From Seison nebaliae (taxonomy: Eukaryota), in the NCBI GenBank assembly GCA_023231475.1, contig JALJEE010001644.1:1-64000 (forward strand): a stretch of DNA of 64,000 nucleotides, read 5' to 3'. The position numbers were made by a program, and so were the translations under genes. Positions 44,481-59,065 of the stretch are shown piece after piece (positions within the stretch are counted from its first letter, which is position 1; every line of letters begins with the position of its first letter). The notes below the pieces were generated by a model. The model searched no databases, was not told the origin of the DNA, and saw nothing but the letters and a program-made list of their open reading frames with translations.

Positions 44481-47400
44481 TGCATGTTCGAAGATGAATT
44501 GTTTAGCTCTCTATTTCTTTATGTTTGTGTTGTGGAATACATAACGGGAAATAAGGACATTGATGATAAACATGCAACAAATGTACAACTTATCGTTGGA
44601 ATGGTACACACATGTCAATTCTACAAATGGAATCGACACAGAAGTATACAAATAAATCATGAAAAGACTCGCGAATGGAGAATGTTCACATAGACATTGA
44701 ATAACTATTCATTATCTTATGTAATATTGGATGAAGGAAAGGAAGAAAATTGACGAAGAGAAATTCCTTCCTCATTTCCTTTTGATAGTGAACGGAAAAT
44801 TTGTGTCGGAAGAAGGATTTTATTCTACAAGAAAATTCTAGTGGTAAAAGCCTCTTTTATGTCAATTTATTTTGGATAGAGCCACTTTCCTCTTGAACAT
44901 GATGATGTGAGAATATGGAAAAGTTTCTCGTAGCACGAATATTTCGATTCCTCTTCATATTTATTATATTTTCTATCCAATTTGAATATTAATGATTTGG
45001 AATTGAATGAATTATGCTAAAGATGAAAAGAACAATTTTTTTTCGGAGAGTAAACTAAAAAAAAAAGAAATTGAGAAACGATATTTTTATGATTTTCTCC
45101 TACACCTCTTCCAATATCTCTCTCAGATTCCCATGAAAATTGCCATTAGTCGTTTAATGGTGCAGGAGAACAATTTCAATTTTATTCTGTCGACAATTAT
45201 TCGAAATGAATCTTCAATATTATTATCTTTTAGGATGATGGTAATTTGGTGGAATATAAGTCATTTTATTGATATACTTATCAAATGAAAATGTAATTTA
45301 CCGAGAAAATTTATCGATTTGTCTTCTTTCTTAACAGACAGTCTTGTTTATTATCAACAACGACATTTCTGACGGTAATGACAACGATAAGTACGATGTC
45401 AAAAACAGAGATGCCATAAATGATGGTAATCGACCCAAAAGAAGAAAGAATCCGATGACATAATATAATGCGCAGTTTATAGGGGACGAATGTCATTCAA
45501 GCTCATTACGCTTTTCTTCTTTCCTCAACACATTCTAACATTTCTGTCTCCTAACTGAAAAGTTGTCTGATTCAATTCCATCAGTTTCAATGAACTATGT
45601 TCGGTTGGTGGAGACACCGGGTCCAATTCTTATTTATGGACTTAATAATTCGAACATATTTTTTTTAAGAGCAGTTCAATTTATTTCTGTCATTAATTTT
45701 CAGTACAAACAAGAAATGAAATGATGTGCAACATCGAATGAAAAATATTTAATTAATTAACATCTCAATGCGAAGAGCACAATGGTTTTGAGAGACGGTG
45801 GGAACTTGTAAATAAAATGATCAAACGCATTTGTTTTCAGTGGAAGGATTTAATTTAGTTTCTTCGAATTTCCAACACGAGATAAATTGCGAGAATGCAC
45901 AGAAATTGAGAGTTTCGGAAATCGTGTTGGGAAGGAAAAATTTTCTTATAATTTATCTTGCAATTAGTTTAATAATCTTTATATATTGGAGGGAATGATT
46001 GACATTTATAAATTCGTCGAATAATTCACATTACGGAAATATTAAATGTAGATTGGCATAATGCGTAAATCATTGTTATGCAATAGATGTGCTATATACG
46101 ATTTTGGATATTATATAATGTATTGGAGAGATGACAATATTTTATTGATGTATCGTTATCTGTTTTCCTTATTATTTTGATAAGAATTTTATTTAAAACT
46201 CCCATTCTTCTGTTCCCCTATGTCTATACCATGCGAAATAAGACATCTCTATGCATTATTCGAGTGAACATTTCCTCGAAAATAAGCAAACTATTGATGG
46301 GCAAGACAATGGGATAAGAGTGTATTGTATGAAGAATATTATAGACTTCTTTGCAGAAAAACAAGAAATTATTATTTATTTCAATTATCAATTATATTCC
46401 ATATTATTCTCCTCTATTATTCTAGTTCAACTTTTCCAAATTTTATGTTTTCTTTCAAATAATTAAATTTATTAGAAATCACAAAGGAAAACCTTTATAT
46501 GAACGATGGGAAATGAAGTTTACTGTTGACTTCCCTACTTCTTACGTTAGTTATCCAGTCGTCCAAGTCTAACCTATCCAGTAAAAGAGAAAATTATATA
46601 AAAGACAGTTAAGAGGAAGAAGTGGTGTAGAAAGACAAGCAATTCTTCCATTTCAACTTGAGTTGATACCTAACAAGAAGGAGGCAAGGTGAAACTTTTA
46701 TTTGGAACTCAAGGATCATGAAGGATGAAAGTAAATTAACCAAATTATTCTATCCAAAACTTTCAGATATGAATGAAAACTATCAATCTATCTCTTCTCG
46801 TCCATCCAAATACTATATAGTCCTCCCATTACACTGTCTGCAACTGCTGCGCACTTACCATATTAATGTATAATAGGAACTAATTGTTCTATTATTTTAG
46901 AGTATTAATATGTGTCTGATAATAATGAATGTTAGGGAAGAAATTAAGATATATGATACGTTTAAGGTTATTTCATGTAGTCGAATGTAGAGGAAATGTA
47001 TTTGGCTCATCCATTCAAAATTTCATATCTCAATTTTTTGTTTAGCTTAAGACCAAACAAGACCAGGCGAATTCTTCTCCATATTCTATGGAAATTTTTT
47101 ATATTTTTATACGAATTCTATATCCTCCACTGAAGTTGATATTTCGTTATTATTATTTCAAATTATTATATTGATAATTTTTTTCGGTTAATTTAAAACT
47201 GTTCTTTAGTTCTATGTATTAAACTGTGTTTATTTTAATGCTCCTCCCAACCATAAGAGTTAAGTAGATGAGGATAGATAAACAAATCGATTATAATCCG
47301 AAATTCTACTACAGTTTTCCCAAGGTTCTATGCAATCAATATATTCAATCCACTTCATAAAGATCTACTTCATGTTTCATTTTAAATATATTTATAAGAA

Positions 47401-49287
47401 AAATTTATCATTTTTTATCATTAGAAAAATAATGGTGACCATCATATCATAATCTGTTGGTGATAAGTAATTTATTAAATATGATCATTCCAATTTTTTA
47501 ATAAATAAATTTCATGTTGGAACAATCGTATTCTTTTAACATGTATCTGTTGAACACGTTTTATTTCTTGAAGAACGATTTCCATTAAAATCTTTCTTAT
47601 ACCATATCTCCTGTTTATTCTATTATGTAGGCGTGATGGATAACATGCTAAGTTAAAACGAAGGAGTTGATGGAAGAAATTCGTTTATTAATAAATTCTG
47701 AACATTTATTTGTTTCATGAATATTTTACTAATTGTTATAAACAAAAACGAGTCGTGATATCAAACGTACTTCCTTTTCTTGCATTTTTCTTCTCCTACA
47801 TCGTTTTCCCCAAAACCTACGACAACATCTGAATAATGGCTAACAATAATTGTAAGAAGGATAAAATTTAATTTTGCTTCCAATTTTTTCCTAGTTCTAA
47901 TAATACTCTTTCTTTATTTTAATCACAAAATGTTATAAGTTTCAAAACTTTTTTTTCCCAAAACATTTTTTTCTCAAAAATTGAAGTTTTGAGAATTAAT
48001 TTAATTTTTTTTATTTATTTTTAATTTGAAAATGTAAATGTAGTTGTATGAATTTATTATTTCTGAATAAAAGTACCAATACATGTTAACAATAAGGTGC
48101 AGTGGAATATTGAGGGGAGGAAAACGGTTGTTTTTCAACCGATTTCTGTATATCGGATATTTATGTCATAAACATTAATCTTATTAATAAAACATGTAGT
48201 TGGATATTATTATTATTATTGGTGTAATAATAAAAGAATTGTAGATAAGTGGAGTGGAGAGACATCTCTCCATGACATAATCAGCATAAAACGAATAATG
48301 ATTATGCAATAATTGCATTCAGTTTCCCAGTTTTGAACGAAAGTAGAGAATTTTTATTATTTTAAAAATAATTATTCTATGAAGATTGCGTAGAAGAATT
48401 CTTGTTTTTCTCTTCCACCAAAATGAATTTCCTTCCGAGATATGCATCGTTCGATTAATCTTCATACTGCCCACCATTACATTAGGTAGTTAGTAGTGCA
48501 CAAAACCTAGAGTTATTATTATTATCATTATCATTCTCCTTTTTTCACTTAGATGGAGATAAAGAAACATTCGATGGGGAAAGAGAAGAAGAAGAAGAAA
48601 TAATAAATCGTGCTAATTGTTGTTTGTGTTGTACGGAGTGTAGCTAGGAATATGCAACAAATGAAGTGAATGTTCGAAGTGGAATGAAGTGGATTTCATA
48701 TTATTATGAAGAATTTCTTTTTAATAAAAATTTCCATGGAAAATAATTATGTAATTTATCGCTTCTTCTCTATGTGTCTCTCTAAATGATCTGCCCCTCT
48801 ACGAGCGATCGATTGTCTATGAAAAATAATTAATTCTTCATTTTCTCCAAAGTAACCAGATGCTGAAATAGGCGAAGAAAATAAAATAGTTTCTCAAATT
48901 TCTTTCATTAATTTCTTATATACTCATCAGATGACTATGCATGTGAATCTATTTTATATTTGAATGAGTGATGCATAAAAAGGACATCTCTTTCTCCACA
49001 TAAACACACACGTATAAAAATATACTTATATAAATGCACATATATATCTCTATCACTACCACAACAGAGATGAGAGAATTCTCTTTTTAAATTTTAGTGC
49101 ATTACACGTCTGACATTTGGAATCTGGCAACCACTTTGCTATCTGGACGAGAAAAAATATAAAGAACTTTCCCTACCATTCTATTCTCTATATTAACATG
49201 TGTGGAGAGGAATAGCGAGCATGTAGCTAGATGTTATGTATGTGCATTTGCCAATTGCTATGCGAACTAAAATTATTCTATAACTTC

Positions 49288-49397
49288 TCTCTAGGAATAA
49301 AATGTTCGGTGAATTCTTCTCTAGGAATGAAATGTTTAATGAATTTGTCTCTACGAGTAGAATGTGCTATAAAATTTTCTCCCAGTAATAAATTATT
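49288..49397. repeat. Degenerate 30-bp tandem repeat, about 3.5 units
   Basis: tctctaggaataaaatgttcggtgaattct / tctctaggaatgaaatgtttaatgaatttg / tctctacgagtagaatgtgctataaaattt / tctcccagtaataaattatt. Confidence 0.7.
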
Positions 49398-50371
49398 CCA
49401 TCTGTTGGAATCTCTGTATTTCTACTGATATCCATTCACCTACAGGAATATATACAGAATAATCAATATTTTATTTCACAGATACTGGAAATATTTCAAT
49501 AATAAACTAAAATTAACATAATATTATTCCGTTTAACTACCATGTACGTAGGAGAATAGGTTTGTGTATGTGCATTTTTTATTATATAAGATTCCTACAA
49601 TCCTACACATTCTTTCCAGATAATTCCATATTTCATTTACTTTATTTTGATATGCATATACAAATATTCTTCATGTTGTGAAGAAGGAGAAATTTAATTC
49701 AAAACTGAATCGGAATTACTAGTTGCACATCATAACGTATAATTGACTGGTGTGAATTGAAGAAACCGTTTTATCTTCTCAATACCTTCCGATCATGCAT
49801 CTAAGATTGTCATTTATCGATTTTTTATATAATCGATGTATCTTCTTGTATGTTTTAATTATATAATCCATATATTTCTTTTAATTATCTTCACATTTTA
49901 CATAACATTTCATTTATGTTTAGTATTACTAAATTTACTTTCCAATTGAACACCCGGACAGCACAAATGTTGTGAATAAGATGGGAGAGTGAATATATTC
50001 TCACAACCAAAAAAGAAATTGATATGAGACATAATTTAGATTAGACTTATTCTGAGGACATACGTGCATAATTCAGTTGTATTCACACCTGGACCATCTT
50101 TCTCCAGTAATCTTTCAAATTATCATTTATTTCCTTCCAACAATTTGCTCCTTATCACCATTTTATTAAATCGTCGTCTGATTATTATAGATAACTAACC
50201 GACATTTCTATTACTCCCCACATTTAGAGAATTGCTCTCAGGACGTCCAATTAGATTTTTCCTTATTACTTTTGCTCAAAACAATTTCTCCTTTTTCTCG
50301 TTCATCCAAACCTTCAAACGGATTAAAGAGAATTGTTTGCGACCATTGGAAAAAATTATAAATTATCAATC

Positions 50372-51688
<1,317 letters not shown>

Positions 51689-52896
51689 GGGATTTTCTTC
51701 AAAGTTTTCCCCGGCCAAATATATTTTCAAAGAACACGAACGAATGATAACAAAAAAAAGATGCACAAAACTAATTTCTATTCAGCATTAACCAAAAATT
51801 ATTTTTTCAAAAAAAATATTATCTAGTCATGACAGAACAGTATCCATCATCGGTACCATCATATTTCCGTTCGAATGGAATTCTTCTCAAAACTTTTTTC
51901 CAAAGTGTTTGGGAGAGACACTGAATGAAGAGAAAAGTATTTTCTGTCTTATAATCTCATCACGTAATTTTTGAATGAATATGAGCAGTAAGAATCTCGC
52001 AATGTCAGAAACGTCACATCATAAGAATGACATCCCAAATCTCCTCCACAGTGAGACGAATTCGAATTATTTATTTTTATTCTCGTCAATCCATTAAAAC
52101 AATCTATTTTTCAATTTATTCATCTTCATTCATCATCATGGATTCTTGCAGATGTGATTGATTGACGGCTTCTTTAATTTTATTTATAATTAATTTATTT
52201 TCGTTCGTTTTACCGGAAACCATCTGACAATCCGTTCAAGTTTCCTCTTCACCTTTTCTCATTTTTCGATTGTACAATTCATTTCTGCTTCAACATTTCT
52301 TTGAATGATACAGAAATTTTCATGTCGACTGGAAATTACATTTGAATTCTTCTTTTCGCTTCTTTCCAATCCATCTTCATCAAGTTGACGACGATAAAAC
52401 TAATCGTCGAGTTATTATCAAAGACACCGACGTCATCTTCATGGAGGAATTGGAAGAAATATGATTCCATTTTTTCCCACTACTTCTACTACCACTACTT
52501 CTCCTTTTCACTACTTATTCTTCATTCATTGTATCGATTTCTTTTATTTACTCATGGAAATGAATCACATCCGATTTACATTCTAAACAAATTCAACCAA
52601 TTTCTATATTTATCAACAGTAGAAAAAAAGATTTACTGTTTCTGTTCATCATCGTTTCGATGTTCATTTGAATATCTATTGCTTCATCTATTCTACTTTA
52701 ATGAACAACGACAAATCATACAAATGACAATAACAAAAATAATTAATTTGTTCAGTTTTTTGTTTATTTTCTTTCAAAATTTATATAAAGAAATTTTTTC
52801 TTATAATCTTCTTATTCTAAATTATATTCTAATTAAAATTTGAAGAATATTCAAAGAATGACATAAGAAGATCAATAAATAATTTTTTTTAATAAT

Positions 52897-53709
52897 TTAT
52901 CCGGATGATATTCTAAATCGAGGACGTTTCGTTACTTTGTTCTTCGACCAGAAACCTTCATTCGTTCTTCTATATTGTTTCGGTTCGAGTAAATCACCAT
53001 TTCTAACTGCTTTCCATATTCCTCGAAGGGAACTTTTGGCAGCCGCTTCGGCAGCTAAATATGGTTTCTTAGCACAACCAGTTGGCATTCGTTTATAAGT
53101 AAATGCCTGACCTTGTTTCACCATGAGATAATTATATGGAATCGGAATACGTTTCTTATATTCATTCTTATCACCCGGAAACACTTCGGCTAATATTCGT
53201 CCATAAATATCACGACCACTTCCTTTCAGCATATTTCTTAAAATTACTACGTCTCCTCTATCTATCATTCTCCTTGAAAATTGAAAATTGAAATTAAAAA
53301 AACCGTTTAATAATAAAAAGGTGTCAAACCTCAAAGCAACTTTCGATCCTTCACCGTATGGTTTTTGCGCCATTTCTGGTGTGTCGATACAAGCAAATCT
53401 GATTATTCTCGTTTCCAAAGCATTACTGTAATCACGCACTTCAATCGTATCTCCATCTTTAACTCGAACGACTACCCATTTCTTATCTGTCGCTTTGGGT
53501 AATGGAGGGATGTATGCTAATAATGACAATAAGATTTTAAGTTTGGAACATAAAATTTAGAGAAAGACCAAACACTTTTTCTTTTTATAATTTCTATATT
53601 TTCGATACGGTTTTTTATGTTTTGAAATACGACCTCTGTCTTCATGTGATCGACAATCGACAAGAAGGAAAAAGAGGAAGAGGCTGAAGAAAACGAAAGA
53701 TAGTTTCAT
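52897..53709 (-). CDS. Secreted thermonuclease (staphylococcal/micrococcal nuclease family) of bacterial type, 3 exons
   Basis: Signal peptide MKLSFVFFSLFLFFLLVDC, basic linker, then VVRVKDGDTIEV...IRFACIDTPEMAQKPYG...RDIYGRILAEVF...MVKQGQAF...YLAAEAAAKSSLRGIW with the SNase catalytic residues intact. Introns 53517-53573 and 53273-53329, both 57 nt GTT..AG. Confidence 0.88.
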
Positions 53710-53922
53710 TTTTTAAAAAAAAATTCTCTTATGAAGAAACTGGATGGAAAAAATTCAATAAAATGATTTATTCTTCTAAATCATCTGAACTTTGAACTGC
53801 CTTTCTCAATTAAATGCAACCTTGTCAAGTCATATCAATGTCATTTTTACAGTTGAATTCGAAATGTTTCTCATTCACTTAAAATTTCTTTTTTTCTTTC
53901 ACCAATAATTCCCATTCCAATA

Positions 53923-54487
53923 TCAAACAATATTATTCGGATCCACTGGACGATAGGGTCGACTGACTGAAAAAAATGTATAATGAATTTGTGAAAAAAA
54001 AATTTAACATTCTCTTCCTGGAATATTGTACGCTAGAAAATAAATTAAAGTAATAATTAAAAAGATAAGAAAATATCTAACGATGAATTCCAGATGGTTT
54101 CACTAAAAAATAAAAATAATTATTAAAATAGATGAAAGATGAGTGGGATAAACCTTGTTTCAGCACGAAACAGTAAAGTATTCCAATTCCTATTAAGACA
54201 GTAGATATTATGATTGAAACAAGAATTCTTAATAAAATTTTAGAAGGTGATGCTTGTGGATATATTTTACGCGGTTCTGGTTTCTTCGATCTCTTCTGTA
54301 GGATTTCTAAACGCTTCAAAATTTTCCCTTGTTTAATTAGTCGTGTATTCTTAGGAACTTGTGCCATCAGCTTAGTTATTCTACCTCTCTTGAATAAAGG
54401 ATGATAGAAATTTAGTTTCTTAATATCTAAACATGAAGAAGGGATTGGAAGTAAATTGGAAAGAATTATTATTGGTATAATATCCAT
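53923..54487 (-). CDS. Orphan membrane protein with 21-nt and 24-nt micro-exons
   Basis: Hydrophobic N-terminus, basic middle, TM segment ILVSIIISTVLIGIGILYCFVL. Phase-1 GTT..AG introns 54103-54153, 54033-54081, 53967-54008. An alternative last acceptor 4 nt further on would move the stop to 53871. Confidence 0.6.
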
Positions 54488-54816
54488 TAATAATTAACGT
54501 TCAAAACCGAATTAATTAAAATTATAAGTTCAATTTTCTTTTCAGTTTTATATAACAAATTTTAAATTGTTAAATTATTTTACTTATTTTGGAGAAAATA
54601 TTTGATTTTTAAAATTGTACCATCAAATTATATCTATTAATATCAATAGAAATAAATCAAAAAATTAATTCATTATTCCAATTGTGGACTTAACAAGCTT
54701 ATGACGATTAAGCTTGAAATTTAATAATGAAATTCAGTTAAACATGTTTCTTATTTTACTTTAAGGAGTATTAAAATTCGGTAACTTTAGGAACATCAAA
54801 ATTCAATAGTGACATC

Positions 54817-55290
54817 ATGTCTGATTTGGATGACATTCCTGATTTGGAAGATCCTTATGAGAATAAAGAATCATTGTTCGATGAAGATGGTTTAAGAATA
54901 AAAAATGAAAATAAAAATTGTCTCAATCATGAAAAAGTATCGACAACAACGACAAAAACATCAAACGCATTAGATGAAGGTTTACTTATTCGTGAAATTC
55001 AGAATAAGAATAAAGAAGAAGAAAGTAAGAAACGATCGGAAATAGAGAACATGCAAAATAAATTATATTCATCCAACGAACAATTTTTTTCTCAAATTTT
55101 TCAAGATCCAGAAATGGTGGAAGCAATCGATTTATTCCAGAAGGATCCTGAATTGGCTAAGACTAAATATGGACGGAATGAAAAAATTACTCAAATGATG
55201 GTATCAGCAACGAAGTTGATGGGTTAGTACGATATTTCTTCTCACTGAAACTATTTCATCGTATTCGAAGGTAATGTTTTGTTCAAATGA
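54817..55290 (+). CDS. Small STI1/DP-domain-like protein, 2 exons
   Basis: MSDLDDIPDLED start; FQDPEMVEAIDLFQKDPELAKTKYGRNEKI resembles an STI1 (DP) motif. Intron 55223-55270 (GTT..AAG). Confidence 0.65.
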
Positions 55291-55380
55291 TGATGACGTC
55301 AAGAAAGGAAGAAAAAATTTAACAAAAAATTTTTGACTTCATAATTTTTTTTTATTATCTATTTCTTCAATTGAAAGAAA

Positions 55381-55974
55381 ATGAGAATAAATTTTTTTTC
55401 CAGAACTATTTTTCATTCAGTTTGTTCTCTCATCTTGATCGTTTATTATTTTTATCAACGTTTTACTTTTCAAAGACCATCGGATGGTTCAGTTAAAAGA
55501 TATACTATATTCAACGAATCTCATTGTCTATTGTTGGAATCGAAAGAATTAAATTTCATTCTCATTCATAACTCTTTCATTCCATTATCCCATCACTGCA
55601 ATGATTCCTACCAGAAATTTCAAAAGAAAAGTGAAATGACCAGAAAGGTTATCAGTTCTCATCAATTACTGTTGAAGACTATGAGGAATGGTTATTACAG
55701 TTTCAATTTCAATCAAAAAGTGAAAAGTGGAATGTTGAAATGTATAGGTCTTCAACAAATTTTCCTATGGAATAAAAACAAACAATTTCCTTATATCTTA
55801 AAGAATCAAAATGAATTCCAACAATTTTATTATTTTTTTAAATCACATAAAAATATCAAATACACCTTTCTTCCAAATTATCAAACATTCCGTATTAATA
55901 TGAGATTTCCATCAGCATTAATCCAATCGGCCGAATGGAAAATTACTGAACTTTGTAAATTGTTTGAACTTTAA
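55381..55974 (+). CDS. Orphan 197-aa protein with an N-terminal membrane anchor
   Basis: ATG-initiated ORF with hydrophobic IFHSVCSLILIVYYFY; no family recognised. Confidence 0.55.
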   Translation: MRINFFSRTIFHSVCSLILIVYYFYQRFTFQRPSDGSVKRYTIFNESHCLLLESKELNFILIHNSFIPLSHHCNDSYQKFQKKSEMTRKVISSHQLLLKTMRNGYYSFNFNQKVKSGMLKCIGLQQIFLWNKNKQFPYILKNQNEFQQFYYFFKSHKNIKYTFLPNYQTFRINMRFPSALIQSAEWKITELCKLFEL

Positions 55975-57073
55975 TATTTAATTTGATCTCATTTTAATTT
56001 AAGAATTATTCATATTTTTAATTAAACTAATTTTATTATATTTCACTGTTTCATTTCAAAAATTTCCGTTCTATTCGATTATTTCTATTCGGTTAATTTA
56101 ATTTGTTATTAAAGAAATTGGAAATTATTGTGTCTTTTGAAATTGTATAATAGTTATAATTGTAATTATTTGTATATCGAGAGAAAGCATATTTTCAGAG
56201 AGAATTAATGTTACAGACTTCTTACATTCATTGGCAGTAAAGTCCAAAAATGTCTAATGAAAGAATAACAAACATTTTTTGAAGAGAATATGTATGTATA
56301 CCATCGAATAATATGATTGGTGTATATGATTATACATACCATTTTCGATTATATAATAATATACACATACATAACAGAATTAGTGTTGTATACAAGTGGA
56401 GAGACAAAAATTTACTCGTCTAATTCGCTAGATTTGAAGTTGGGTATGTGGTGAGGAAGAATAATTATCTCTCTACTCCTGAACATTTTAGTCAAATAGA
56501 ATGATGCTATTGAAGGTCAAGGAAATTTTTTTTGAAAAATTTTTTATTGTTCTCTTTTAAATTCATGTTCAATTTTTAAATAGTTCTCCAAATTTTCTTA
56601 ATGTGAAAAAGGAGAAAAGATGATGGAAGAAAACAGATAAGTAATTTGACCATATGGAAATAAAGTTGTTCATGTAAATATGGAATTTCACTTTAGATTA
56701 TAGGATTGTCAAGGATATATATTTAGTTTACAGCAATTTCCATGAAAATGGTAGTCAATAGTATATTGCGATAGTAAATACGGAAACGAATATTTTAGTG
56801 ATGATGAAAAAATTTCCGGTGAAATATAGAAATTATCATGAACAGATAGCGACAAGAATAGGGAACAGATCGATTACGTGTTACTCCCCAATACTTTCTT
56901 CTTCTCTCATTACCGCTTGAAATAAGATATTTCTCTCATTTTTCTGTCTACATTTATCTCCCAATCCATTTTTTAACATTTGCACTTCATTTCGATCTTC
57001 CAATTTTTTATCTCTCATTCATTTTTCGATACGAATAGTCTTTCTTTTCTCTTGTTGGAGATTTAGTTCCATC

Positions 57074-58903
57074 ATGCTCTCCATTTGCAAACAATCAAGT
57101 TATTTCTATTTATTATTCGGTTTGATGAATTTTATTTGTTCATTAAAGTAAGACCATTCAGTGCTACCGCTTGTTTAGCGAGTAAAAATGAACCATCATC
57201 TCCAATAATTAAGACGAAAATTCCCGGCCCACAATCCTTGAAATTACGAGAAGGATTATCAGATATTTGTGTTAGAATTGTCTTTTACGATCGATAATCA
57301 TTCCATTCCAGAGTACACGTACTCCACATTTCTTTGTTGATTATAAAAAATCGTTAGGGAATTATATCGCCGATGCAGATGGAAATATGTTATTGGATAC
57401 GTTCTGTAACATTTCAACAGTTCCGCTGGGTTACAATAATCCCGCCATCATAAAATCCGTTCTGGATCCAGCAAATTTGGTTTTAATTATAAAATTTAGA
57501 AATTTCTTATCTTTTTCTTTTATTTTAGCATTTATTTGCTAATCGACCATCATTAGCAGTTAATCCACCGAAAGATTATGTTGACTTAATGAACAGTACA
57601 TTATTGAAAGTTTTTCTTTACTACTAATAATTAAATTTTCAATTCATAAGATCGCCCCAAAAGGTTTGAGCAATGTCCAACCAATGATGTGTGGTTCGTG
57701 TTCGAATGAAAACGGATTGAAACAAATCTTCATCACTCATATGAGAAAACGGAGAAATGGTAAAACACCAACAAACGAAGAAATGAAATCCGCTTTATAT
57801 TCCCAATCACCAGGAACGCCAGAATTATCTGTTATCACTTTCAATCATGGATTTCATGGACGAACAATGGGACTCTTAAGTTGCTCACATTCGAAAGCTA
57901 TTCACAAATTAGATATACCTGGATTCCAATGGCCGGTTTGCGAGTTTCCAATTTACAAATATCCTTTGGAGAAGAATGTGTCGTATAATGAAGAACAAGA
58001 TGCGAAGTGTTTGAAACAATTACGTGAATTGTTAAAGGAGAATTGTGAGAAGAATGAAGGAGTAGCAGCAATTTTAGTTGAATCGATTCAATCTGAAGGT
58101 GGTGATAATTTCGGTTCACCCTCATTCTTTAGAAATGTACAAAAACTATCAAAAGAAGTTCACTAAAACTCGTTTTGATATTAAATTCAAAATTTTCTTA
58201 AACAGTTTAATGTTCCGTTAATGTTTGACGAAGTACAATCTGGTGGTGGTAACACCGGAACATGGTGGGCACATGAAACGTTCGATTTGCCCGAACCGCC
58301 GGAAATGGTGTCTTTCGGTAAGAAAATGTTAATTGCTGGTTATTATTGTAAACCGGAATTTATGGATATTGAAGTTAATTTGAATATAAGTTTCTTTTAT
58401 TTTCCAAATTACAATTTAGGCATTCCGTATTCTCAATACTTGGATGGGCGAACCAAGTAAGATGTTAATGTTGAAGAATGTGATGGAAGAAGTCGAAGAC
58501 AAGAAAATTTTAGATCAAGTCCAAAAATCAGGTTCCATTCACTTAACATAGAAAACGACTTCATTAAAATATTTATTTATTAAAGGCAAATTATTATTAG
58601 ATTCTCTAAGTGATCTATGTGTAAAGTATTCAAAAATTATCAATTCAGCTCGAGGACTGGGCACATTCTGTGCAATTTCGTGTCCTTCCACTGAAATCCG
58701 TAACGAATTGTGCGAGAGAACTAGAAATCTTGGTGAGAAATATTTGAAATTTTTTTCTTATTTAATTATTTTTATTTTAAGGTGTCAATGTTGGTGGTTG
58801 TGGTGATTTATCTATTCGATTTCGTCCGTCACTCACGTTCACTGAGGATCATGTAAAAATTACAATAAAGATGTTGGACAAAGCATTACGTCAAATGAAA
58901 TGA
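57074..58903 (+). CDS. ABAT: 4-aminobutyrate aminotransferase (GABA-T), mitochondrial, 9 exons
   Basis: EPSSPIIKTKIPGPQS, FVDYKKSLGNYIADADGN, PLGYNNP, MMCGSCSNENG, GFHGRTMG, SKAIHKLDIP, IQSEGGDN, DEVQSGGG, SFGKK (PLP lysine), NTWMGEPSK, RGLGTF, IRFRPSL. Eight introns of 41-54 nt: seven GTT, one GTGAGA (58733-58781). Confidence 0.95.
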
Positions 58904-59065
58904 AAAATTTATAATATATAAACGTTGATCGAAAATTTATAGAGAATTAATTATAGTATAGGAGTTTATGAAAACTGGAAAAGAAAAGTAGAAAATTCTT
59001 AATGAATATCATCTCGATGAAACGAATTTTTATTAAATTATTTTGAGATTAATAAAAATTTATAA

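Noticed and set aside
49231..49428. 65-aa ORF with 10-aa periodicity; also considered as a CRISPR-like array
   Set aside because: A degenerate 30-bp tandem repeat without unique spacers or cas genes, in eukaryotic DNA; no coding evidence.
52385..52843. 152-aa F/L/I/Y-rich ORF downstream of G-alpha
   Set aside because: TTG start and AT-rich UTR-like composition with no motifs; probably spurious.
53273..53329. Apparent F/N-rich insertion FDTFLLLNGFFNFNFQFS in the nuclease ORF
   Set aside because: It is a 57-nt in-frame, stop-free GTT..AAG intron; removal restores the SNase fold spacing.
56290..56372. AT-rich imperfect palindrome resembling a pre-miRNA
   Set aside because: Pairing comes from low-complexity TATA/TACA tracts with large bulges.
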